From the human T2T-CHM13v2.0 reference genome, Homo sapiens: DNA of 64,000 bases. Both the position numbers and the translations under genes were made by a program. The notes under the pieces were generated by a model. It saw only the letters and a list, made by a program, of their open reading frames with translations, did not search any database and was not told where the DNA came from. Below are positions 45,960-64,000 of the stretch, piece after piece (within the stretch, counting starts at the first letter, position 1; every line of letters starts with the position of its first letter). The stretch lies in NCBI RefSeq assembly GCF_009914755.1, contig NC_060929.1; one strand, given 5' to 3'.

Positions 45960-47590
45960 TCTGTTCTCATTCATTCATTCATTCATTCCTTTTGAATACC
46001 TACTGTGTGCCAGACTTAAAGTCAGTTGCTGGGTACATATTGCTGAGCAAAAATAAACTTGCAGTATAATGGAAATTAGAGATTTTTTTTTTTATTTCAC
46101 TATTGTTTATTTTCTTTTTTTTTCCTTATTTTTTCTTTTTTATTATTATTATTATACTTTAAGTTTTAGGGTACATGTGCACAATGTGCAGGTTAGTTAC
46201 ATACGTATACGTGTGCCATGCTGGTGTGCTGCACCCATTAACTTGTCATTTAGCATTAGGTATATCTCCTAATGCTATCCCTCCCCCCTCCCCCCACCCC
46301 ACAACAGTCCCCAGAGTGTGATGTTCCCCTTCCTGTGTCCATGTGTTCTCATTGTTCAATTGCCATCTATGAGTGAGAACATGCGGTGTTTGGTTTTTTG
46401 CACTTGCAATAGTTTACTGAGAATGATGATTTCCAATTTCATCCATGTCCCTATAAAGGACATGAACTCATCATTTTTTATGGCTGCATAGTATTCCATG
46501 GTGTATATGTGCCACATTTTCTTAATCCAGTCTATCATTGTTGGACATTTGGCTTGGTTCCAAGTCTTTGCTATTGTGAATAGTGCTGCAGTAAACATAT
46601 GTGTGCCTGTGTCTTTATAGCAGCATGATTTATAGTCCTTTGGGTATATACCCAGTAATGGAATGGCTGGGTCAAATGGTATTTCTAGTTCTAGATCCCT
46701 GAGAAATCGCCACACTGACTTCCACAATGGTTGAACTAGTTTACAGTCCCACCAACAGTGTAAAAATGTTCCTATTTCTCCACATCCTCTCCAGCCCCTG
46801 TTGTTTCCTGACTTTTTAATGATTGCCATTCTAATTGGTGTGAGATGGTATCTCATTGTGGTTTTGATTTGCATTTCTCTGATGGCCAGTGATGATGAGC
46901 ATTTTTTCATGTGTCTTTTGGCTGCATAAATATCTTCTTTTGAGAAGTATCTGTTCATATCCTTTGCCCACTTTTTGATGGGGTTGTTTGTTTTTTTCTT
47001 GGAAATTAGAGATGTTAAAGTGTGTGTGAAGGAAGCTCCTGAGGGCAGGAGTGGGGTGGGGGTGGGGCGACCTGATGTATTCAAATAACTGAAAGGAAGG
47101 AACGCAGTGTGAGTTGTAGAGCAGAGCAGTATGAGGAGAGAGTGATACCAGATGGGGTAGGAGAAATGGACAGGGCAAAGATCATCCTGTGAGGTAATTC
47201 CAGTACATTAAAAGGAATTGACTTGAGTGTAGTGGGAAGCCATCCTCAGGGTGCTATTTGGAGAATATGTTGGTGAGGGCAAGAGTGGAAGCAAGGTGTT
47301 CAGTGAAGAGGGTAGTTGTAATAGTTCAGTATTAGCTTGGACTAGGGTGGGGCAGTGATGGAGAGAAGTGGACATATCAGCCCAATTTAGTGATGGCATT
47401 GGATGGGATGGGGAAAAAAAAGAAGAAAGAAGCCAAGGTGATTTTGAGGTTTCTATTTTGAGGATCAGGGGTGGTGACTGTTTATTGGAGCTGGGAATGA
47501 GGGGGAAAAGAACAGTTTTGGGACGTGACAAATCAAGGGTTTAGTTTTGGACCTGAGTCTGAGCTATGCAGTAGAGAGGTCAGGTAAATA
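45960..47590 (-). mobile_element. L2 3' end, split by the L1PA insertion
   Basis: (cattc)n..tacctactgtgtgccag at 45967; resumes after 47013 with purine-rich antisense L2. Confidence 0.7.
46084..46999 (-). mobile_element. 5'-truncated L1PA2/PA3 (ORF2 C-terminus and 3'UTR)
   Basis: [16 protein letters not shown]...[10 protein letters not shown] in the ORF track; 3'UTR tcatttagcattagg and acagtccccagag; TSD tggaaattagagat (46070-46083, 47000-47013). Confidence 0.93.
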
Positions 47591-48140
47591 GCATGGCTGA
47601 AATCTTTTTTCCTTTGCCCTGTAGAATTAGGGCAGAGGAAAAAAGATATTTCCTGTGCCAACTATAAAATTAGTTATGGTTTTTAAATTTGAAAATACAG
47701 GATTTTAGCTCAGACTGAATTACTTTATGGGAGGAGATGTCCGTCTCCTCTGTGGAAGGGGAAGTATTTTGAAATAGTTATAAGCCCAACAAACATATCC
47801 CCAAACTGAGGCAGTCAGCATGAGAGAACTCTGCTGTGCTCATTAAATATGGTTGAGAGGTAAACTGAATAAGATTATTTATGTTTCAAAGGGGTCAGCG
47901 TTCAATACTGCTGTTGAGTAATAGATTTTTAAGTTTTTCTTTGCTTACTTTTTAGGTTATTTTTCCTTAAGAGATTTTAGATGAGTTACGATAAAAAATG
48001 TTGAACACTGTGCCTTGCACCATCTAATCCCTTTCTCTGTGCTATTTTATCTAAACCCTAATTGTCAGAAGAAAGCTGTGAAATAGATGGCATTTTAATC
48101 CTGTCTTTATAGATGAGGAAACTGGATTGCGGGGAGGTTA

Positions 48141-48734
<594 letters not shown>

Positions 48735-49665
48735 CTATGTAAGAATATGTTTGTGTGTTGGGATGGATATGACATGGGGACTGATTGGCCATATAAAGGT
48801 TCTGGGCCCCATTTCTCTACAGTTCACAAAGGGCACAGTTAAAAAATGGCATAACCAGTCAACTACAGGCCACTTAGTATCTGCTGCTGGATGAGCTCAA
48901 GTTAGTTAATGTATATGCTGCATTCTACCTCAGAAGGAATAATTGGATCTTTAAAACTTTAAAAAAGATTTTTGGTTTGTTTTAAACAACTGAGAATGTT
49001 AAGGACAAAAAAGACTTCATGAAACATTTACCAATGAAAGGTAATGGGAGCTTAAGTTATTCAAGATAAGTTTATCAGGGCTTAGAATACCAGCAATCTG
49101 ATGTTACTATAAAACCAAAAGTGTGGATCGTAATCTAAATCTAACCTTCTTACATTTGTGTTGGGTGAGGAGTATGCAGAGTCTAGGAATCACTGGATAC
49201 AAAAAGGGTTATATGGAAGTGTTCTCTTTGCATGTGAGTTTGTGGAACGAATGGCATTCCTTTGTTGCTGAATTAATCCAGATTCTTGGAAGGAATAGAG
49301 AGGAAGGAGGCAGAAAGGCCGGTTTTCACAGTGTTGTTGTACCTGCTGATAACTCACCAAGGCCCTGTTAAGATGAGTCAATTCTAATAACTCTTGGGAT
49401 TTCCCTACTAGTGAAGCTTCTTTTACAGCTTCATCTCCCCCTCCTCCCGCAGAAACGATGAGACTTCTTGAAATTTTTAATAAGAATTTTAGACACTCTA
49501 GCAGTAGTTTCCAGGAGCCACAGCCTCTGATATCATGCTGCTTTTGATCTTCCTCCTAGCTGATTATATCACCTGTTAGAGCTTATACACCTCTGATCTC
49601 CTCCTGGGGGTATGATAGAATCCTGTTTCTTGATTCTCTCAGAAGTGATGAGTGACCAGCAGGCA

Positions 49666-50360
<695 letters not shown>

Positions 50361-51339
50361 TCACAAAGGAGTTCACTGCCTATATCTGTTAGAAGATCCT
50401 GCCTCAATATATATTATCTACATTAAACAGGTTTAGGAGATTATTAAATGAAAATCACTCAAGCGTGCCAACTAAAATTATTCAAGTTCAGTTTCAAAGT
50501 GGATTTTTTTAGTATAAATAGATGCAGGTTCCCAAAGAAGCCTTCAAATGGGTAGAAATGCTGTTTTTTCTTTTCCTATGGGTACTGTTTTTAGGTATGG
50601 TTAGAGGACACAGTTTCAGAACTGTAGAACACAGTAATTAGAAAGGCTGCCTAAGGGGCTGTGTGGATTGTGTGAGTAGAGTCTGAAACATAAATGAAAA
50701 GCAAAAGCTAATCAAAAGAGGTTCATGTTAGCATGTGCTTTTCTTGGTGCTCCATCATTACTGTAGCTAATCGGATCCTTACCACTGAAGTGCATACTTT
50801 TAAATTTGTACAGTTAAGGACTTTTGTTTTGAAATACTATAAGCGAATGCATGTCTTTTTCTATATTTAAATAACTGATATACTCAAGAGTTTTGGAGAA
50901 TGGGTAGATTGTTTATCTGTGAATTTTTAAAGCAGATTGTACATATCACAGTTTTGCTTCATAAGCAAACTGTGTGGTTTTTCTTATTAGGAAGCTTCAA
51001 GAAAGACCTTGAAACCAAGTGAAAACCATTGAGGATATCACAGGATGGTAGAGTTTTAGAATTCGAAGGTACTTTATTGGTGATCTAATCAGTCCATCAA
51101 TTTACATATGAATAACTGAGGCAGTGAGAAATTAAGTGGTTTGCAGAGGTCTAAATATCTAGTAGTGGGAGAATCAAAACCAGGACTACAGGCTTTTAAC
51201 TTGCAGTCCAGTCCTTTTATCAGCACCAAATATGGTGATTTGAATGTAGATTATGCTAAAGGAATGGGGAATGATAACTGCTTTGTTCATAGCACTCATA
51301 AAACCTATCCAGGGATTTTGAAAGGCTCAATAATTTTAA

Positions 51340-51681
<342 letters not shown>

Positions 51682-51938
51682 TGATTTTTATTTAAATGAA
51701 ACCTTCTAGTGACTATCTAGATGAGTGAGGGGTCAAGACACAGAAACAAATGTTTCCAAGGGAAGTGGTAGATGGCGATAGAAATATGGATGTGGTACTT
51801 TAAGGACAGAGACAAGGGAATGGTCTTTAAGATGCTCTTTAAAATTTTTCAGTGCAGGGATAAAGTGTTATTATTAGAGAAATAATGTTTACTTTACGAG
51901 ACACCTTGCTTTTCACATCCCTCAGCTCCTGTTTATAA

Positions 51939-52340
<402 letters not shown>

Positions 52341-52607
52341 TGATACTATCAACATGCCTTGGTGTCTTTAGTCACTCTTTGGATTTGGCTCACCAGAGAG
52401 GTTTAGAAAGATTGAAAGATAATTCTACCATTATCTCACTGGTTATATTACTGTTGATGGTATCACATCCATTACAGTTCTCATGAACCACTGAGTAAAT
52501 CAGTGCTGTGCTCTGGGCTCACTATTAAGTTGATTTTCATTTGTACTCAAGGCTATACCATTTGGATGTTAATATTAAGCTCTGCTTCCAGTCTTCAAGG
52601 TCTAGAA

Positions 52608-52809
52608 CTGAGCTGCCCAGTAAGGCAGCCACTAGCCACATGTGGCTATTTAGATTTACATTAATTATAATTAAATAACATGGAACATTCATTTTCTCAG
52701 TGATGCATTTCAAGTGCTCAATAGTTACATGTGGCTAGTGGCTAATATATTGAACAGCTCAGGTATAGAACATTTCCATCATTGTAGAAAATTCTATTAG
52801 ACAGCACTG
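52608..52809. mobile_element. MER3 (hAT-Charlie MITE)
   Basis: gccactagccacatgtggcta / catgtggctagtggc; perfect 8-bp TSD gtctagaa (52600-52607, 52810-52817). Confidence 0.88.
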
Positions 52810-53777
52810 GTCTAGAATATCATGCCTTGTCCACACAATGCAAGCCTCTCCTGAAAGGCTTTTTTCTTCTGAGGGATGTGCCCTTCAGGACAATGGTAGT
52901 TTGTGGCCCTTGCCTTCTGGTTGTATGAATTACAGAACAGGATATACAATAGGTTGATCTGGGCTGGAGTTAGGTGTGCAATTGTGTTAGAAGTAGTTGT
53001 GGTTTCATCAATAGAAATATCTTAGAAATTGCAATCAGAAGGTCTGGGTTGAGATCCAACTTTGCCCTTTACTAGAAACATGGATTTGGGTTAACCATTT
53101 GACATCTTTGAACTTCAGTTTTTTAACCTGTAACACGAAGATCATATCTCACAGGATTGTTGTGTCATATACATTAGAAAGTACTTTATAAACTGTAAAA
53201 TCTATTCAGATATTTTTATGGTTATTTTAGGAACACCAAACATTTTAATTTGCAAGAGTAATCTTTAAATTCTTTCATCTTTGCCTGGAGGGCATCACAT
53301 TGAATTAATTGATAAAGAATGAAAAAATGACTGTACAAAGAACCTAACACATGCTCTAGAGACCAGCACATTGTCTAATGACAGAATAGGATTAAGTGAT
53401 GGAGCATGTGAAAGACCTACAAAATGATACTAATGTCCAGCTTTTTACTATATATCTGAAAGTTTTAACAATATTGTAGACATTTCACTTGCTCCTAGAC
53501 CAGTAGATGACTCATTTAACATCAGATAGGAAGAAAGATCACTTATAATAAGGTTTTAAAATGTTCTCCATACAGAAGTTTCTAGTATTTTTTTTACCAG
53601 AACACAATTTTTTTTTTTTGATATCACAGTGAATTGGGGCATGGTGTTAAGCATTATCCATGTTTTATACTGACTAAGTAGCAGTAGAACAGAGGCTGCC
53701 GGGGAGTGGTGGTAGAGAGTGTGTAGGGAGGTGCACGTTAGAACAATTTGATTTGATAATTGATTATAATGATGATT

Positions 53778-56595
<2,818 letters not shown>

Positions 56596-57820
56596 TTGGT
56601 CACTGATAATTAAGAAGCAGTTATAGATGTTGCATTTGTGCTAGTTTCTTATCTTAGGTGATCAGAAAGGAAGTGACAGAGGCAACCACTTTTAGTGAAG
56701 ATACATGTAGAATCTTCAGCAAGTGATATTGCTACAAATCAGATGGCACCACCCAGATGGTAAGTTCACTGTGTTTATTCCAACTCTGCATTCCACTGTC
56801 AGTAGGATGGTTATCTATGCATTCAGCACTGCACAAATTGTACAAGCCAGTGAGCCTTCTGCCCAGAATCATAAAATGAAAGCAAGAATATTGGAAGCCA
56901 AAAAGACTTCTTCATATGTTTGAAAGTTCAGCTTTTCCTTTTCATTAAAAATTCACTTCCCCCCACTCCCCATGCAAGAATTTCGATACTGGCTGACGAC
57001 ATTTTATCCCTCAAAAGCCACCTCCTCAATGAACCTTTAGTTGCCTCCTCTCCCCCGTAAATGAGCAGCCCCTCCTCTGTGTCCTTAAATTCCTGTGCCT
57101 GTGTTACTGCCAGCAATTTGTGCCTTGATCACTTCTGCTGATGGCCAGTTTTTGAAGCAAGGATGCCTCTGAGTTGCTATCTCAAAAGTACAGTTCTCAA
57201 AGAAGGGGACAAAGACTGTGAGGAGGAAGAGGAATTAAAACTTGCTGTGCAGGCTTTGAAGGAACACATAGGAGCAGAAGTTAGAAGGAGATGGACTTTA
57301 ATATAAGGAGTATCTTTTTCCATCTTTCTAAAAATAAAAGGAACTGCCTAAGTGTTTGAGGTGAGGCTAGGTAACTATTTACCAGAGATGATGTTACAGG
57401 GATTAGATATAAGGTACAGGGCTCGATTAGGTTATTTTTTGAGTAGTTACTAGCTCTGAGAGAATTATAATTGCACTTATTGGAAACTTAAGGGCAAACA
57501 TAAAGGAGAAAATAAAGATGTAGAGAATGTCTTCTGAGGTGGGAAATAGAGAAGCCGGGGCTCAGACCCTGGTCTCGCCTAGGGAGAGCAGACGCTGACA
57601 GATAATCTCGGTTTTTTCCTCAGGCACTTCAAGGTCCATTTTAGTTCACTGCTTCTAATCTTGGGCTTCACCTCAGCTGTTTCCCAGAATCTTTCGAACC
57701 TCGAAGAGCAAGCTTCACTTTTGGGCTGTTCCAGCTCTGGTGCCAGTAGCCCACTCATGCTATGGAATTACTTTTGTTGAGGAGCTATTATAATATGTAG
57801 TTTAAGAGTGTGAGTTCTGA

Positions 57821-58132
<312 letters not shown>

Positions 58133-58236
58133 ACTAATCTTGGCTCTTATGTGTAAACTTTAGCAAGTTAATTAAACTCTCTTTTGTGCCTCAGTTTCCT
58201 CACTTGTAAATATTAGGGAATATCTGGGAATAATAA

Positions 58237-58417
58237 CTGGATTTTATCAAAACCAAGACCATTGATTGTAAAATGTGTCATTGCTTTCTGTACCCCTAAG
58301 GAAGAAAAAATATTGTCCATGGAACTATGATAGACCACTGAATATTAGTTACATCCCAATTTCAGAGAGGTTAAAATGGAGAAAAAGGTGTATATTCATA
58401 GAATTGATGAAATATAG
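58237..58417. mobile_element. TcMar-Tc2 MITE (MER104/Kanga-like)
   Basis: catcccaatttcagagaggttaaaat...tagaattgatgaaata terminus. Confidence 0.5.
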
Positions 58418-58549
58418 CAGTGGCACATCTACATTTTAGGATTGTTATGAGGAATAAATTGGCATTTGTAAAGCATTTCCACTGGTATCTGGCATAAAAT
58501 AAATGCTGCAGGGCTGGCTGTTTTTTGAACCTGTGCCAGTTAAAAAAGT

Positions 58550-59100
58550 TAATTTAGTCATCTAGTCAGTGTTTATGAAGCACCATGCTTAGAAGACACC
58601 GTGGTTCTAGACTATAATTCATGCTCTGAGAGTTCTCATGTTCTAGTTATAGGGAAACTCACAAAAAGAGAGAAATCCCCATACAACCTGGAAATGGGAA
58701 CACAGTTATTTGGGAATTGTATAAGGAGCATAAGGAGTAAGATTAACTTTTGTCAGAGGAGTCAGGAAAAGCTTCAGAGGGAAAGAGGCATTTAAGGTTA
58801 ACCAGGAAGGAAGAGAAGAGGAGGGTTCATCAGAAAGAGAAGGCCATTGGTAAAGGACATTTTGGGCAGAGGGAACAGAATGTGCAAAAGCACTGGGCTT
58901 ATAAAAGGGATCAGAATGACAGGAATGTTGAGAGTATATGGGCCTGGTGGCAGCAGATAAATCTGAAGTGGTAAGCTGCCCCTGATTGTGAAGGGTCTTA
59001 TGTGCTCAGCTAGGAACTTCGAACGTTATGTTCATTTAGTAAGAAATGGGCAGATAACTGGATTTCTTAAATAACGGGGAGTGATGTGAGCAGGATAGCT
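58550..59100 (-). mobile_element. L2 fragment
   Basis: gtcaggaaaagcttc, gggcagagggaacagaatgtgcaaa, agattgtgaagggtctt-like words. Confidence 0.7.
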
Positions 59101-59389
59101 ATCTTTCTTCCTATTTTATTATTATACAATAACAAAATGCCTTCTAGAAGCAGGATCTGCTCTTTTACACTCAGCTATGGAAACCTGGAGGCTGCTTTTA
59201 AAACATTTGACACAGTTAAATCCTTCTCTGACATCATGAGGCAGTTTAGGCCATTGCATGATTTGCAAGGTTGTAAAGTGATATTGTGATGAAGTACTAT
59301 TTTCACAGTACTATTTAAATATAAACACTATACTTATCAAATTAAATGGCAGAATACTGAGTTGTGATACATATAAACCTTCTATATTA

Positions 59390-60260
59390 AAATAATTTAT
59401 TTGATAATAATTTCAATGTATAGAAGTTGTGAGAATAATTCAGAGAATAACTGTAAACATGTTACCTCCATTAATGTATTTTTAACATTTTACACCATTT
59501 GCTTTACCACTTGATACATTTTTTTCTCTCTGCTCACACATACATACGCACTTATATATGCAAGCAATATTGTTTTTCCAAACCATTTTGGAATATTTTC
59601 TTACAAAACTACATACAGACAGCACAGCTGTCACCTTCAATAAATTTAACATTGGTAAAAACTTTTAACTAATCTGTTCATATTCCAGTTTTGTCAATTG
59701 ATTGAATAATATTCTTCATGGGATTTTTTTTTTCCTTCACAGTAACAGGATCCATTCTAGATCCAGTTATGCATTTAGTTCTCAATGTCTCTTTATCCTC
59801 CTTTACTCCGGAGTACTTTGCAGACTTTCTTTATCTTTTATTACAACTGACATTTTAAAGAATAGCATGCCCACCTTTTTCTAATAGAACATTTCTTATT
59901 TGGGAATTTTCCTTATTTGAGTTTTTCTTTTTTTTTTTTTTTCTCATGATTAAATTCAGGCTGTGGATTCTCTGCCTGAATACTGTGTAAGTAATGTGTC
60001 CTTCTCAGGGTATCACATCTGGAGGCACACAAAATCCATTTGCTCCTTATTGGTAGTGTTAATTGTGATCATCACTCAGTCAAAGCGTTTTCCAATTCAC
60101 TATGTAGTTACTCTTTTTTCTCTTGGAACTAATAAGCAATCCATGGGGAAACACTTTAAGACCATGACTATATCTTGCTCTTTATCAAAATTTCCCCCTA
60201 GACTTGGCATCTATTGATGGTTCATGACTGAATTATCTTTACTACAATGGCTGCAGAATA
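59390..60260 (-). mobile_element. L1MC 3'UTR fragment
   Basis: ttccagttttgtcaattg, tcagggtatcacatctggaggcacac, ggcatctattgatg. Confidence 0.7.
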
Positions 60261-60303
60261 ATTAAATAGCCTACATTTTAAAGTTTTTTGGTGTTTATAT
60301 ATA

Positions 60304-60953
60304 CAGTCATCAGTCATCCCTTTGTATCTGTGAGAGGTTCATTCTAGGAACCTTGTGGATATCAAAATCCTAGGATGCTTAAGTCCCTTATATAAAATGG
60401 CATTTGGCTATTTTATATATTGCATATATATTTGCATGTAACATATGTATATTCACTTTAAATAATCTCTGGGTTACTTATAATACCTAATAGAATGCCT
60501 ACACATAACTTCATTCACATGAATTCAATGTAGTACTCTGTACATGGCAAATTCAAGTTTTACTTTTTGGAACTTCATTGAACTTTTCTCCCCCAGATAT
60601 TTTTTTTCTTTTTTTATACAGTGTTGCTCTGTCACCTAGGCTGGAGTGTAGTGGCATGTTTGTAACTTATTGCAACCTTGAACTTATGAGATCCACAGAT
60701 CCTCCTACCTCAGCCTCCCAAGTAGGTGGGACTACAGGCACAAGCCACTGTGCCTCGTTAATTTTTATTTTTTTTTTGTAGAGACAGGGACTCACTTCAT
60801 TGCCCTGGGTGGTCTCGAACTCCCGGGCTTAAGTGATCCTCCTGCTTTAGCCTCCCAAAGTGCTGACATTACAGTTGTGTGCCACCATGCCAGGATCCCT
60901 CAAATATTTTAAATCTATGGTTGGTTGAATCTATGGATGTCAAAGACCAACTG
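60304..60953. mobile_element. MER2B (Tigger) interrupted by AluJ (60600-60894, -)
   Basis: ggatgcttaagtcccttatataaaatgg, ggcaaattcaagtttt, ggttggttgaatc...caactg followed by TA. Confidence 0.85.
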
Positions 60954-61490
60954 TATTCTAGTGTATATGTTTATTTAATGCTAATAAAACAACTCAAAAA
61001 AATCTTAAATTGTCAAACTTCTTATATTTAACATGATTTTTTTTTTCTGACAGAGTCCATAAAAATGGGATTTTATTGTAGGTACCACCTCTTCCATATT
61101 GAGAATCCGTTTTCCAGCTACTGGAGATGGCTTTCTTAATTTCTGCTTACTTTGAAAATGGCTCTTGGACAGGTTAGGTATATGCCCATTAGATCTCAAC
61201 ATTATCTATGGAGGGGACCACAGAGAATTTTATGTCTACAGTGGACAGTACACAAGGGAGCTCTAATTTATACAGAACTTCCTTAATCTTTTAGTTTCTG
61301 GCAAGAAAGACATTTGTTTTGACTTAAAGTTAAGGACTGTCATATGTTTTTTTGCAAAAAGAAAACACAGTCATGAATACTATGGTGAACTAACTCACTT
61401 GGCCTGCTTTGGTTCTCTTAACTGAAGTCCGTGCTCTAGTAATTTTCCTGAGTTTTAAGAGCCATTTTGGTGATTCTCTTAGGCTGTTTT

Positions 61491-61784
61491 ATTTTAGAGA
61501 TGGGGTCCCACTCTGTCACCCACGCTGGAGCACAGTGATGCAGTCTTAGCTCATTGCAACCTCAAACTTTCAGGCTCAGGTGATTCTCCTGCATCAGTCT
61601 CCCAAGTAGCTGGGAGTACAGGTGCACACCGCTACACGCAGCTAACTTAAAACAATTTTTTTTTTTTTTATAGACAGGGTCTGGCTATGTTGATAAGGTT
61701 GGTCTCAGACTCCTGACCTTAAGCCATCCTCCCACCTTGACCCCCTAAAGTGTTGGAATTACAGGCATCAGCCACTGTACTCAG
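61491..61784 (-). mobile_element. AluJ
   Basis: TSD tctcttaggct(g/a)tttt. Confidence 0.88.
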
Positions 61785-62269
61785 TCTCTTAGGCTATTTT
61801 ATTTTTTAAAAATTACAGGGATGTCAGAAATATTTGAAGGGATACAGAACATGGTCCCATTTCATTAGATATCTTCATATTATAACAACTTACATTGTTT
61901 GAGCTTTTAGTTTTCTGTTGTTTTTATTATTTTTTTCTTTCTTTCTGATCTGCTTTCAGTAGTCTTTACATGTTTGATTTCTGGGTAGTTTTGTGTTATT
62001 TAATAGCTGTGGCCTGTGCCCCTCACCTTGGCTGTCACTCTTATTGATAAGGCGGGGAAGAGGGAACACTGTAAATTATTTACTACAGGCCCACTACCAT
62101 TGTTATAAAACAGATTCTCAATGATTTAGAGAAAAACTTACATTTCTTGGGAAATCTTCCATTACATTTTTATCATTTTATGTAAATGGCAGGGAAACCT
62201 CAATTTAAAACGAAACCTCTGTGTGTTGGGGGGACAGTCAAGTGTTGCTACTCATTTGAGGTTCATATT

Positions 62270-63340
62270 CTGACACATTCATTGAGTGCCTGCTTTGCAT
62301 GGAGCATTGCTCTCCCCTACAGGGGGTAGGGTTTGTTACAGAGAGAATGATGGTGTGCTTCTTGCCTTAATCAAGTGGAACGTTTATCTTGCTTTTGTAT
62401 TAAAATTTACCTGTATTGTAGTGGCGATGCTTAATTCAAGCCACAAGATGGTAGGGGCAGAGAGCCTATCTGTTTAAGGTAAGAGGTGAGGCCTAATTTA
62501 GAGAAGGGCGTTGGGAATGAAGAAGAGGCAGTAGATAAAGAGAAAATTTAGGGGAAGGCCTTGGCAAAATCTGCTTTGGCCGAGATGAAGGAAATGAAGG
62601 AATCTGGCATGGCCTGGAAGTGGTGCAGGTTTTGGCGGAAGATAAATTCAGCTATGTACATATCAAGTGTGAGGCGTTAGAGTGCAATATGAGTGGATGT
62701 AAATATCTATTTTCCCTGTGGAGCTAGCCAGCAAACATTTGGTCAGGAAGGATGGTGATAAGAAGAAAATAGGGATGAAGATGTAGACTTGAGAGCCGTC
62801 CTGTGTGTGTATGTGTCTATGTGTGTGTGTATTGTAGTGCAAGGTGTGGGAATGAAGGCTACTGTCTAGGAGGAAGAAGCATGTGGTAAGGCCTGAGGAC
62901 AGGGACATCCAAGGACAGGGACACTCCATTGCTCAGCTCCAGTGGGTACTGATCACATTGTCTTTTGTGTGAACGGTATCCCCAGGATTTGTACAGAGGG
63001 GCAGATCTGCATGAAGTGAATGCAAACTTGAGAATCATTTAGATACATGAATGGTAAGTGAAAGGTACTGAGAAGAGATGTTCTGAGAGGTCAGTGGAAA
63101 ATCATGCCAGTGCAGTGTTGCAGAAGCGAAGTCAAAGGGTTTTATGTTGTATTGTCAGATGCTGTAGAAGGGTCAAGGAGAATGAGGCCTGAAAGGAGGC
63201 CTTTGTGGTTTGCATTTATGAGATCAGTAATTAATCCTGAGAGAACTCTGACCATGGGATGTTTGGAATGGAAGCCAGATTGAAAGGGGTTAAGCAGGAA
63301 GAAGAAAGGTGGGAGGTGGCCTGAGGAGAGTAGCACTGAG
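62270..63340 (-). mobile_element. L2 fragments
   Basis: cattcattgagtgcctgc at the start; gtcagatgctgtagaagggtcaagg and gaagccagattg further on. Confidence 0.7.
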
Positions 63341-63618
63341 ACATGATTTTATCAGCTAGTTTCATGACATTGTAGAATATTTCTAGTGAAGGTAATCATA
63401 TCAAAATGATTTTCCATTTTGGAGTTTGTTTTGAATTGTTGATAGTAATATTCTATAATTTTCCTCATATTTAGGAAAATTTCTCAATTTTCTATAATAT
63501 TTTGGGAAATTAGTAAGATTCTCAAATTTGGTTTCCTGTTATATTAAATCTTATATTAATCTTAAATCTGATATTAGATCTTATATTTTACATAATATTA
63601 TAGAAGCTGCTTGTGGTA

Positions 63619-63826
63619 CAGTTGACCTTTATCACAAACCCATTCAACACAAGTTTGAACTGTGTGAGTCTATGTATACGCAGATTTTTTTTTCCAACCA
63701 AATGCAGATTGAAAATACAGCATATGGGGGTTCTGCAGGGCTGACTGCAGGAACTTGAGTGTATGAGGATTTTGGTATACTCAGGAGGTCCTAGAACTAA
63801 TCCCCTCTTATAGTGAGGCATGATTG
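63619..63826. mobile_element. MER8 (Tigger MITE)
   Basis: TA-cagttgacc...gtttgaactg...ggttctgcagggctgactgcagg...ggattttggtatac...attg-TA. Confidence 0.85.
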
Positions 63827-64000
63827 TATTCCCAGTATACATCTGTAAAACATAGCTATTATGAAAATGAATGATTTTTAAAAGGCTGTCTACAGTGAAT
63901 TTCAGACTCCAGATACCTTGATCATTCCAATGAAACCGAAGTATTTTCTGATCTTGAATCAATATTTGTATAGTTGTGAAAGTTGCAGTTAGTAATGATG

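Noticed and set aside
46356-47084. 242-aa ORF with a non-L1 N-terminus
   Set aside because: L1 ORF2 C-terminal remnant read in from flanking DNA via a non-ATG start; not a gene

Overview
Human intronic-type DNA, rich in repeats. An AluYb8-type element at 17076 fixes the species. I found no spliced protein-coding exons. There are two processed retrocopies. (1) A FAM133B copy on the + strand (8171-10151) has a 13-bp target-site duplication (TSD) and a complete 247-codon ORF, and sits inside an old L1M. (2) A full-length, frameshifted RPL3 copy lies on the - strand (23726-25014). From memory, and unverified, this pair matches FAM133DP and RPL3P6 in the long first intron of ZSWIM6 (5q12.1). The visible T/G excess on + and the antisense orientation of the younger L1s fit a host gene transcribed on +. 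The rest is about 30 Alus (J, S, Y, Yb8), L1PA/L1M, L2, L3, MIR, an MLT1A LTR, DNA-transposon fossils (MER1B, MER2B, MER3, MER5, MER8, MARNA-like and MER104-like) and a tRNA-Ile-headed ancient SINE. The most notable non-repeat signal is a ~180-bp CpG-rich element at ~41940-42120, with a 12-bp CRE palindrome and a three-fold GACTGA..GCGC..GC-box module. I cannot support a wholly new biological system from sequence alone. The best leads are this element, the intact retro-ORF, several very young insertions and a short L1 3' transduction. Repeat subfamily calls are by eye and boundaries are approximate.
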